A stretch of 64,000 nt of DNA from Cycas panzhihuaensis (taxonomy: Eukaryota; Plantae; Cycadophyta), in assembly GCA_023213395.1 (NCBI GenBank), contig CM041465.1:195183741-195247740 (forward strand), given 5' to 3'. The notes beneath the pieces are model-generated. The model worked only from the letters and a program-made list of their open reading frames with translations. It was not told where the DNA came from and made no database searches. Each line of letters opens with the position of its first letter. The stretch's first letter is position 1. Positions 1 through 13,399 of this stretch are shown here, one piece after another. The position numbers were made by a program, and so were the translations under genes.

Positions 1-2030
1 TCTACTTGGACATGGCCAAGCATTTTCTAGAACCTTCCATACAACATGGGAGATTTTAAGGATTGAGATTTTGTACTACATTTGGAAAATTAGGAATACT
101 ATGTTTTTTAAACACAAAGCACCCATTGCATGTTTACAAATGAATTGTTTTTTACAATGATCAATGAATGTTCTTTGTAGATTAATGCCTAGGCCAGAAA
201 GATCTAAATGGAGCAGTATGGGCTTTGATCGCCTCTTGACCTAAATGAATAACGGGGCTCCACTTCTTGTATTATCAACAAGGTTTCTTGAGAGACTGTA
301 GTAGGTTACTCTCGAAGCTGCAACTGCAACAAGGATAGGAGGATTGAGAGAAAGCCCCCAAGGGATAGCAAACCCAAGGCAAAACCAACTAACAACAAAC
401 CCAAGGCAAAACCAATTAACAACAAATGGTGGAATGCCCCTACGCTAGCCATAACCATTTTACCATCAAGAAATAATGATAGGTGGAACACTGAGAGAGC
501 ATAGCAAGCACAAGGTGTGGATGGCTAGCAAACTGCTCCTACACACCCTAGAGAGAAGCCCAAGCAACAGGCACCCAGAAGCAATTCTTGGCCTTGCACA
601 GGTTGCTTAATGATTTGTGGCTCACCGTGGTGGCTTTATGCCATATAATATGTTTGATACTTTGTTGTTATGATACTATGTGTGAGAGTATGTGTATATG
701 CAGGTTGCAGGTCAGGTGTCAAGCCAACCAGAGGCAGAGACTTCTACACGTCAGGATCATGCACAAGGGGACTCGAACATTAGATATATCATGGGAAACT
801 CCCGAGAGAGAAAACCCACCAACACAATGTTTGATATATTAAATATAAAATAATACAGAATGTTTGAGAGGTGAGATGGAGCACGAGAAGACGATGAGAT
901 CACATTGATCTTGAGTTGATGATTGGAATACCAAGGAGGTATGAATAAATATACCTTGAAATGGTACCATGTATGGTCATGCCTCTTCATCATGTCTTTT
1001 TGCCAATGGACACATCCTTTTGCCACACCTACACACACTAATTAACCCTAATGAAGCATTAAGTTATAGTTAACCTAAGTTAACTATCGCTAACACTATG
1101 TATTGTTTTCAACCAAGGTTGCAGGCCACACTTTGTAATCCCGAGATTGTAATTGCCTCCCCTCATCATAATGTCAGTGCCATAGGGCAGAGCTACCAGG
1201 CCACTTCACTCACCATTTTTGTTGCATAGCATGTGATATTTCCAATTTAATGATATCATATTTTCAACAAAATGAAATTGAAATTTAAGAGTCTCTACTA
1301 GAGACAAGGACTAGCAAGGCACTGTACTAATTTCTGACAAGCTGAGTAATAGGTTTCCACTTCCTTGACCCCATACGTGCTGTGAAAGGCAAAGTGTTGG
1401 CAGAAGTTGCCTATGGTGTTCTAAATTGACCAAGACGGTATCCAAATCAGGTAGGTGACACTTATACAGCAAATAAGAATTATACTCATATTCAACGCCA
1501 AATAAACACATATTGGATGTTGGAGCAACTGCCAAATAAAATAGCCTGCAAGACGCATCCCATGCTACAACACCTCCCAGGATGAAACAAGGAAAAAAAA
1601 TAGTAGAAAAATGAACAACATCATAGCATTGGAAACAAATATGCCTTGTTCAATTGAATGTATCAGTTACTATATGCTTATAAATGGAAAAATACAATCT
1701 GATATTTTAATACACCTTGACGAGTTCATAGAAAAAGATTTAAAGAAAAACATGCCAATCGTGAAAAGAAACTTTGCATCAAGAATCACATCGTGCATTT
1801 AAGCGATTATACAACCCTTGTGCTCTTGAAAAAGCCCACTCCTTGAAAATAAATACCATATGTGCTTCCTCTGCAAGAACAGGACCAATGACAGTGGAAA
1901 ATGATGCTTGCAGGTCAGCTATAAAGGAAAGAAGTTACAAGGCAATGCTAAGCTTTAATCCTATTTTAGCGATACCATGAACCAATTAAACATTGCCTGC
2001 ATTTCAGTGAACATAAAACAAAGAATCAAG

Positions 2031-2582
2031 AATCATTGCATGTTTAGCCTAAGTCCTATTTTTATCACATCATAAACTTAGAATCATAGCATGCATTTCA
2101 GTAATCATAAGTCCCTTGAGAATAAATATCAAGATCAGGATCAATGACAGTAGAGAATGTGCTTGCAAGCAAGCTAGAAAGGAATGTAGTTAGAAGGCAA
2201 TCCTAAGCCTAATGCCTATTTGTAGGACAGCTTGAATCTACGATTAAACTGTGGCAATCCTGTGTTTAAATTTTGGTAGCACTGCTGTACAACTTAATTC
2301 CAATCTGAATCATTGCATCTTTAGCCTAAATTCTATTTTTATCACATTATAAACCTAGAATCATAGCATGCATTTCAGTAATCATAAGCCCCTTGAAAAT
2401 AAATATCAAGATCAGGATCAATGACAGTGGAGAAGTACTTGCAGGCAAGCTAGAAAGGAAAGTAGTTAGAAGGCAATCCTAAGCCTAATACCTATCTGTA
2501 GGACAGCTTGAATCTGTGATTAAACCATGGCAATCCTGTGTTTAAACTTTGGTAGCACTGCTGTACAACTTAATTCCAATCT
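2031..2582. repeat. Tandem duplication of a ~277 bp unit (2031-2307, 2308-2582), with a diverged partial copy at ~1836-1976
   Basis: Both units run from aatcattgca...ttagcctaa to ...gtacaacttaattccaatct at high identity. Confidence 0.9.
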
Positions 2583-2730
2583 AAACCAGCCATCATGCCT
2601 CACACAAAAACTTGTTCACTGCATTCAGGGTGCACTCTGTAAGGCCATACCAAAAGAAGCACCATGCCCTCCAGTAAGATGATCACCATGGTAAGCCTAT
2701 GAAAGCACAGACAAACAAGAAAAAGAGAAC

Positions 2731-2847
2731 GGCACACTCCCTACGCAGGCATTACCCTGCTCAGGTTCAAAGGGACTTTCTCAGCCTGTTCCTGTAAACA
2801 TCCCTAGCTTTGCTAGTGGTGGAAACAGGGCAAGCACCCCCGGTGCC
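2731..2847 (-). ncRNA. TPP (THI-box) riboswitch aptamer in the THIC 3' UTR
   Basis: The minus strand reads GGCACCGGGGGUGCUUG-(long P3)-CAGGCUGAGAAAGUCCCUUUGAACCUGAGCAGGGUAAUGCCUGCGUAGGGAGUGUGCC. It has P1 GGCAC/GUGCC, the conserved CUGAGA, ACCUGA, a P5 GCAGG/CCUGC stem with a GUAAUG loop and GCGUAGGGAG. It lies about 450 nt after the THIC stop, as in other land plants. Confidence 0.98.
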
Positions 2848-2875
2848 ACATCAATTAGCAACAGAACATTTAACA

Positions 2876-2992
2876 CTGTAAATGACAAAATGGAAAGATA
2901 AAAGCAATGCTTCCCTACTTTAAAATATGGCATACTTACACCATAACCTGGAGTCTGGATATTAATCATGAATGAAACAGCAGAGTACTCAC
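2876..2992 (-). other. THIC: Predicted THIC 3' UTR intron 2 (riboswitch-associated; alternative donors at 2947 and 2939, alternative acceptor at 2697)
   Basis: Donor AG|gtgagt at 2992 and acceptor ttttatctttccattttgtcatttacag| at 2876. A second strong acceptor, tttttcttgtttgtctgtgctttcatag|, lies at 2697 downstream of the aptamer. Confidence 0.55.
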
Positions 2993-3104
2993 CTACTGGT
3001 GATATGCAAAAATTAAAAGACACACTACATTATCAACAAAGTTGTTTAACTACACCCGAGTTATTGGAATGTGAAATGTCTGATGCCACCACTTGGTTAA
3101 AAAC

Positions 3105-3279
3105 CTGCAAGAAGGCCACCACTGAATTCAATGATATGGATTTTACCAGGCATAATTAGGTATATAATTTGATGCAAAACAGCAGTCTATGGCAAATTCA
3201 ATTTCATTTTAGAAAATGCAGGCAACCCTGCATTAGAAAATAAATCTGTGAATTTCCAAGTAAAAATTAGCTTTTTTAC
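3105..3279 (-). other. THIC: Predicted THIC 3' UTR intron 1 (just after the stop codon)
   Basis: Donor AGAG|gtaaaa 13 nt after TGA and acceptor ccttcttgcag|G, giving 175 nt. An intron close after the stop is known from angiosperm THIC. Confidence 0.7.
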
Positions 3280-3292
3280 CTCTATATAGAGC

Positions 3293-5904
<2,612 letters not shown>

Positions 5905-5931
5905 CTAAGCACAACACCCACAGAACAGCTA

Positions 5932-6000
5932 ACCCCATGGGAATTGAACTTCTGACCGCAGGTTGTAGATTCATAGTCACTAATCACCTTACCAAACCCC
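5932..6000 (-). mobile_element. tRNA-derived SINE-like head in the THIC 5' UTR intron
   Basis: Minus strand ggggtttggtaaggtgattag...gtcagaagttcaattcccatgggg, with A-box-like and B-box-like motifs at tRNA spacing. No TSD found. Confidence 0.35.
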
Positions 6001-6151
6001 ATTCAAACAGACTGCCGGACATGTAATTCCGGTGGCCCAATCATCAGATAATCATTTGCACTTCACTGTTGCATTCAATTTCGGCCATTATAGAATCAAA
6101 TATACAATCAGTCTGTGATCAAACAGTTTGAATACTGTGTGTCCTATATAC

Positions 6152-6289
6152 AGGGTAAACCCATCCAATGGGCGTGGTTATCCCCAAACATGTTGGCAAG
6201 AATGATGCCCTCCAGATGGCTTGATCGTACTCATGTCAGGGGTTCGGCCCTCTGAGCGATCTCCGTTCCCCCATGGATGTCCTTAAAAA
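6152..6289 (+). mobile_element. Possible SINE-like fragment
   Basis: GC-richer island with an A-box-like tggcaagaatga, a B-box-like ggttcggccc at 6241 and a short A tail. Confidence 0.25.
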
Positions 6290-6650
6290 GTGCACATCGT
6301 GTACATCATCTTCGCTGTATATACTCTTTTCCCATGATATAGAATATGTTCAACGCAAACGATGTACAGCATGGGTACCTTTTACCTTAGGGGTTCAGTT
6401 GTACATACAATACATTCAACAGGTTTGGTAGAAGCCAAGACAAAACCCTCTGTGTGGTTATTTACAGAGATGACCAAATGCAAAAGAATGCCTAAGTCAA
6501 TATTACACAAATCAAACATCTGAAACTGAATATCTTAGCCAGTTCAAATTCAAGCACTCAATGGATCACTGTCATGAATGAACTCCAACTTACCGTTTTA
6601 ACTGGTGGAATACCACCCTCACAATCTGATCCACCAGAAGCTTAAGCTAT

Positions 6651-6845
6651 CTGCATGCTCCAACATATCCAAACTTAGAATGAAAATTAAGCTGCTGAAT
6701 CCTTAAAATTTTAAAACTGGCTCTGCAAACTCTACAATTGAAAACAAAAAGCAGAAACAACAGGGATTTAAAAAAACGAAACCCAACAGAACATTTCTAA
6801 ACAAACTGGGCAGCCCACCAACCAACAGATTTGAAAAACTCATAC
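6651..6845 (-). other. THIC: Possible additional upstream 5' UTR intron
   Basis: Donor AAG|gtatga at 6845, a T-rich body and acceptor catgcag| at 6651. This would define a 57-nt non-coding exon at 6650-6594. Confidence 0.4.
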
Positions 6846-7007
6846 CTTGGAAACTGAAACCAACCCACCTATCAGAGGGGTTCCCAATCTGAACTACAAC
6901 CCAATAGCCAGCAGCCCAATACGTACCCAAGCAAAGGTGCAGGATCGATGACAACTGTGGTTGAAAGGATTTTAGTTGTCATGCCGAGCAATCTGACCTA
7001 CAAGGTG

Positions 7008-7016
7008 GCCACGTGG
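7008..7016. promoter_or_regulatory. G-box (GCCACGTGG) in the putative THIC proximal promoter
   Basis: CACGTG at 7010-7015, just upstream of the predicted first exon. Confidence 0.5.
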
Positions 7017-7498
7017 ATGATCCTAATGCTCTAAGATGTCACAAAGCTTTACCATAAAAATCACTTCATTAAAAAGAATTAAAGATCCTGATAAACAAGT
7101 GGACACAGGAAAGGCGGCTTGCTTGCCATTTTATTCGGCGAAGGTGAAGTTAGCAATAAAGTGCCAAGGCCCATGAGTCCCTAATAAGCCTAGGCTACTA
7201 AATAGAATGAGATCTTGATATATATATATATATATGGACATGAATGAGGGGGATGGGATATCTATTACGCATATTAATATTACATGGTTTAATGGAAGGT
7301 CTCCGTTGTACTTCATGACAAGAGTATGGGAAGGCATTGAGCTCTTTAAATGCATCCATTGTTAAGAGTTTTGAGAAGTATGGCAACTATTTGGATGCAT
7401 GTATTTAATGTGAATGTGAACATTGGGGATGCCATTGGAGGGGGTGGTAAGCAAATGAGAATCGTTTTTTGAAAACATGGAGTTCTTAATGTGGAGGA

Positions 7499-7507
7499 AG
7501 ATATTTT
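7499..7507 (-). promoter_or_regulatory. Evening element AAAATATCT (second core AAATATCT at 7680-7673)
   Basis: Exact motif about 0.5 kb upstream of the predicted first exon. Arabidopsis THIC is under circadian CCA1/evening-element control. Confidence 0.4.
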
Positions 7508-9150
7508 TTGTAACACTTTGAGAGGGGTGATTGGCTTTAATAGTTACAAAGTTTCAAATTGATTTTAGAACCATAAATTCCTTTTAACAACCAAACAGCT
7601 CTAATTTCTCAACAACCCCCTTGGGAGGAATCCAAAAGCACTCTATGAGGACACCATTAAGTAGAGTTCATAAGATATTTGCAAGAAAGTAGTATATTCT
7701 TGGAATGATTTTTTTTTTCTTTTTTCTTTTTTTCTAACTAGATTTTTATTATTAAAAATATGGCAACTTCTTATTACTAATTATCAAAAACTTCATAAGT
7801 TCTTTTTTTTTTAGAACTTAAGATATCATAATCAATCAATTTTTAGATTATCTTATTAAACCCTTTATTGGTCATTTTTAAATTGATCAACTTAAATGTC
7901 ACTTGAAAAAAATAATGAACTACTTAAATAAGGGTCAAACTTTGGTTGAGTCATCATGGTATATGAATTTGTTATTAATTAACATGGTATTTGTAATTAA
8001 TTAACATGATTTTCACTAGTAATGCTAAAATGATATTTAGCTAATTAGCATACTTGTGTTTGCCAAAGTTTGCTAGCCTAAATAATTAGCATATTCATGG
8101 CCTACACTTGAGTTGTAGGGATCAAATCCTAACGGAGGAATACCTTTTCTTTTTCACAATTTTTTTTTTTGTGTGTATGTGTGTGCGATAGAACCCACCC
8201 TGCTTAGAAGAGATTATTCTTTATGGATTTGTACTATAACTTCAATGATATGACTTAAACTAGTCTCCCTAAAAACATAACTAAATTTGAGGATTTGTTT
8301 GCTTATTATTTTTTTTTAATAACTTGAAATATGAGGAAATGTCATAATGTTAATATATTAATGATAAAATATTTGTTTATATGCTAGAAATTGTTTTGAT
8401 TGGTAAAAGACAATTGTACCATAATAACAAATATTATGAGTTAATTAGCAACATATTATATGAAGTATTTGAAAATATTTTATATATTAATTGTTGTATA
8501 ATCATATTTGAATTTAACATTTGAATAGCAATAAGCTAATCAACTTAATACCTTAGTAATAATTTTAGTATTTCCCATATTTTGTGAATTAAATTAGAGT
8601 ATTGATTTGAAGGTAAGTAAACAATCTTCATTAAATACTGTCTTCTAAGATGATTAACTGCATAGTATTAGGGAATTTGCATTAGATGAAACTTTTTATA
8701 CTTTAGATTACTATTCTTAGGATCTAGATTATGAATCCTTTGTTAATTACACTTATATTTTGATAGTTATCCTTTTGCAATTATACTTAATTAAGAATAC
8801 TCTATTATTAAACATTATGCTTAATTGTATTCCCAATCGTGTATGTATGCAAACACTACAATTGATTACTTTGGTGATTATAAGCATATGCAATCAACAG
8901 ATAAAGTGATGTTATTTAATTGGTTATTTTGACAATTGTGTAACTGATGAATACAAATAATAATTATTGTTGTGTAGTTATAATAAAAGTGCCTAATTAT
9001 CATGATCATGAATTGACTATTATTATGCAATATCGTGGCATAGATCATTATTCCTTATGAATGATAGCGGTCATGTAATGTCATGGCATGAGACATATTA
9101 ATGACTTTGATTATTGTCAACCACTCAAGACAGTCATAAACCATATGACC

Positions 9151-11328
9151 TAGTCAAAAAATAAATTTGAACAAGAGTAATGTCTTCTTCATTAATACCC
9201 CAGGTCATGTCCAAGGCAGGATCAGTAGACTTTTAGAGATGAGCATTAAAAAGCTCCCCACAATTTATCTTGGGCTGCCTCTCTTTGTTGGGAGAATGTC
9301 CAAGGATATGTGGAACCCCCTTTTAGACAGGATGCAAAGGAAGCTGGCGGGCTGGAAAGGCGTTGTTTTCAGCTTAGCCGGAAAGCTCCAGCTTGTAGCT
9401 TCGACGCTGCAGAGCATACATGTATTTTGGATGTCTGTATTCAGGGTTCCAGCGGGTATATCAAACATTATAGAATCTATCCAGAAGAGATTCCTCTGAT
9501 CGGGGGCGGAGAGCAATGATAGAATTCATTTAGTAAGCTGGAATAAAGTGTGCACCCCGAAATGGGCCGGTGGCCTTAATTTGAGAAGGACTTCTCATTT
9601 CAATGTCGCTTTAGGGGCTAAATTGGGATGGCGGTTATTTAAAGGGGGACAGAGACTATGGGTGAAGATCCTGGATAGAAAATATGTTCAAGGGGGTTCT
9701 TTCCTAGGGAATGAGGCTTCGCAAGTTGGTTCAACAGTCTGGAGAAGCATATTAAAAGCATGGAAGACTATAAGGAATGGGTTGAAATGGAGACTTGGTG
9801 ATGGTAATTCCATCAAGTTCTAGGAGGACGTATGGTGCTACGACGTAGCGCTTAAGGATTGCCCGGATCTGGATCCTATTATGGGTCCCTGTGTCAGGCA
9901 ATATGGTACCCATGTTAAGGATTATTAGATCGGGAACGGTAAAAATAGGAGATGGAAGTCCTTCGAGGAAATTCAAACAGAAAGATTGCAAGAAAGCATA
10001 AACAAGTTAAAAACGATTCTCCGTAAGAATTATATTCCTAGAATGCCCTTGCCGGATTCGGTGGTGTGGCCTATGGGCGATCCAGGACTACTGCGGCTAA
10101 ACAAGGATATCATTTCCTTTATTTAACCAGAGGGGATCATAAGAATCCTACCCTTGCTAGTGTTTGGAGGCTCCCTATCATTCCTAAGATCGTCATATTT
10201 TGGTGGACCTGCCTCAGGAACAAAATCCTCACCATAGACAATCTCAAAAAGAGAGGCTTTTCGCTAGTGAATAGATGCCCCTTATGTTGCCTAGAGGAGG
10301 AATCTATGGATCATATATTTATTGGGTGTTCCTTTACAAGAGAGGTCTGGAGGATGTTACTTGGGAAACTGGAGGTTTGCTAGACTTTCTCAGAAAAGAC
10401 TATTGACTTATGGCTTGCCTGGCTTAGCCCTTTCAGAAGTAGAACGTTGAGCCGCATTTGGTTGTGCGCGCTCCCGATATTAGCTTGGAATATATGGAAG
10501 GAGAGAAATCGGAGAAATTTTTAGGGAACCCAGATGGACCAGATTGCCATCTTCGGCAGAATAAGTTTGGACATTAAGGAAAACGTTGGGAACGTGAAAG
10601 AAAAACGTATTTCCTTGTCGGAGAGTAGGATTCTAAGTAAATGGGGTATATAGCCTGATTTTGAGGCGGTCAGGCCCAGATCACGTGATTGTGACCCAGG
10701 AGCCCTGGATCAAAGTTAACTTTGATGGGGCGGCTAAAGGGAACCCTGGGGAAGCAGGTGGTGGGGGTATCTGCAGGGATTGTACCGGCTCCCCAATTTG
10801 GGCTTTTGTGGATTACTATGAATGCCAAACAAACCATTATGCGGAAATGAGGGCTATGTTTAAAGCCCTAGACCTAGCTGCTGATGGAAATGCCCAACGT
10901 CTGATTTTAGAGGGGGATTCGGAGATGGTGCTTAAGGTTCTGAGAGGGGAGGCCCTTCCAGACTAGAGATTACATACCCTTTTTAATGACGCCAAAGAGA
11001 TCATTAAGGGACTGGAGGAAGTCTGTATAAGGCACACTTTGAGAGAAGGCAATAAGCCGGCTGATTTCTTGGCAAATTGGGGAGCAAGGCACCGAGAAGG
11101 TCAAGTGTGGAGAGGTGAGTTCCCTAGGGATCTTATGGTTCTGGTAGAAAAGGATATGATCAGTAATAGCTAGCCGCGGGGCTTGTCCCAGCATTTAGCT
11201 CTCTGGCCTAGACCGTGGGGATGTCACGATCATATATATATTGGTAAGCACAGCGTCTTCTGATGTAATAGGTTGTGGGATCCTGTTCAAACCCACTATA
11301 AATTTATTTTATCTTACCAAAAAAAAAA
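9151..11328 (+). mobile_element. 5'-truncated L1-clade LINE (RT C-terminus, zf-RVT, RNase H), pseudogenised
   Basis: Fragments YLGLPL, PKWAGGLNLR, WRLGDG, KIVIFWW...CPLC...ESMDHIFIGC and WIKVNFDGAAKGNPG. Poly(A) at ~11319-11331. A 13-bp TSD, AAACCATATGACC, at 9138-9150 and 11329-11341. Confidence 0.95.
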
Positions 11329-13399
11329 AAACCATATGACCAAATTATATGGCATTAAAAAAAAAGAAGGTGCAATTGTAATATTGATGTTTCCACTCAC
11401 ACATAGTATATAAGGGAGTTATTTAGTGAATGGCTTTGGTTACTTGTAAAAAGTTCCCAATATCTATAAAACTTATCTTAAAGTCAATGGTCAAGAGCAT
11501 TCCTAAACTTTGTAAACTTAAATCAAAGGATGGAAAAGTTCCCAATCCTTTCAAAAAAAAAATTTGATAGGGTAGAATATATCATCTATGCTTATCTCAC
11601 TTGTCTATAAATTATGGGTGGAGATTGACCTTATATAGACCTTGATCTAATATAAAAGTTATTCTACTAATGTGATACTTCTACATATACCCATAATAAT
11701 AAAATATTTATGCTATTATTCCACCCTGCGTTTGGATTCTCCTTTGTCTAAATTACAATCTTATCTTTTCTGGATCGGTTGACTCATATGCTATCATTGT
11801 TATAATTACATGCTATTAGCATCATCTTCAATTTCTTAACTCTTGGCCTTCCACCCTAATTAAAATGGCATATAAATTGTGATGTCACACCCTCTTTAGT
11901 ACCATTTGTAATGCCACACACCTTTTAGTACCAATAAATGATATGAATGACTATAGTAAACATGTTGTAGAATATTAGGTAAGAATTAATATCATTTGTG
12001 GTGTCACAACCCCTTTAGTACTAATAAATAATGTAACTAATATGAGTAAAAACATTATAGAAGCTTAGGGAAGAATGTATATTAATACAATTATAAAATT
12101 TCTCTCTTGTAAGTACTAATAATACATTGACTTTACCATAGTCTTATAAAGTTTTCAAGTTTTAAATTTAATTAATGTGTCTTATAAAGCTTCTCATACT
12201 TAATCACAAGTGTTAATTCCACCTCCTTAAGACTACATAAAGACCCTTTGAACTAGTTCACTTTTGCTTTAGATAGATCGATAACCTCTTATATAAATGT
12301 TTGGCTTCCTTCATGTTACCTTAATTAAATTGATGTGTTGTACCACCTATCAAGACATAACATAAAAAGTATGTAACTAATCATAGGGCATTAGATAAAG
12401 TAAGCATCTACACAGTAGCATCAATATAACCATCCCTATTATAAACAACTTTATACCTTATATACTATCCCACTTAATTAATTTTGTACCTTACCTCTTA
12501 ACTACCTTCCCCTACTATCAATGTAGATAATTATGTTATCTCGCATCTTGTTACTTAATTTGATTGCAACTTCCATAGTGGTATACAAAAATACCATAAA
12601 ATTTAATCAAATTCATCATAATGGAACTCACCATGAAATTAGATATGCACCACAAAATGAGAATTTATCCCCTAACATCTTATCAAGCGCTATTAATAAA
12701 ATTGCCTTATTGCTCTTGATATTATGTATAAAGCATTCAATAGTCCCCACAAGTATGTAACACATACATATAAATTAAAAGAAAGATACAAATAGGAATT
12801 ATCTCCTCATCATGATTATGGGTAGGCCACCTAAGCTTTTTTTATTAGCATTCCATAGTACTTAAACTTCCACAAACATTTTTTGTAAGGACCTATGAAG
12901 ACTTAGATTTCTTAATCAACCATTGACAAATCAAGGCACCAATCAAGGATAGATAAAGCATCAACCATGAGTAGAGTACAACTTCAATAAATATGTAATG
13001 CATAATTTTTACTTTTTAATTTATTCTTCCTATGTAAAATATATGCTTATTTATGTGATACCAGGTGTGGGGATGCACCATTCTAATTTCTTAGGTTAGT
13101 TTGTTCATCCCATTTAATGTGTATATTTATTTATGCAACACTAGGTGTAGGGATGTACTATTTTGATTTCTTAGCTTAGTTAATAGTTTAGTGACTAGGT
13201 TTTAACCCATTTAGACTTAAAACTATCTATCTCACTTAATATAAAATTATTCTTTTATTTGTTGCTTACATAATACAAAAGTAGCCTGATTACTTTGGAT
13301 GAGCAATACAAATAAGGGAGCACATGATATGAATAATGGAGGAATAGAGGGGAAACACAGATATAAGGGCAGATGATAAGACTTAAAATTTTACAGGAT

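Noticed and set aside
300-1100. 27-bp duplication (~370-426), palindrome ATAGTTAAC-CTAA-GTTAACTAT (1066-1087) and intron-like signals
   Set aside because: No coherent ORF or element boundaries; too little to support a call.
2781-3159. Short ORFs overlapping the riboswitch and 3' UTR
   Set aside because: No recognisable motifs; the region is explained by UTR, splice signals and the aptamer.
3228-3279. Nearer acceptor (ctaatgcag|) for 3' UTR intron 1
   Set aside because: It would give an intron of about 50 nt, too short for typical plant introns, so 3105 is preferred.
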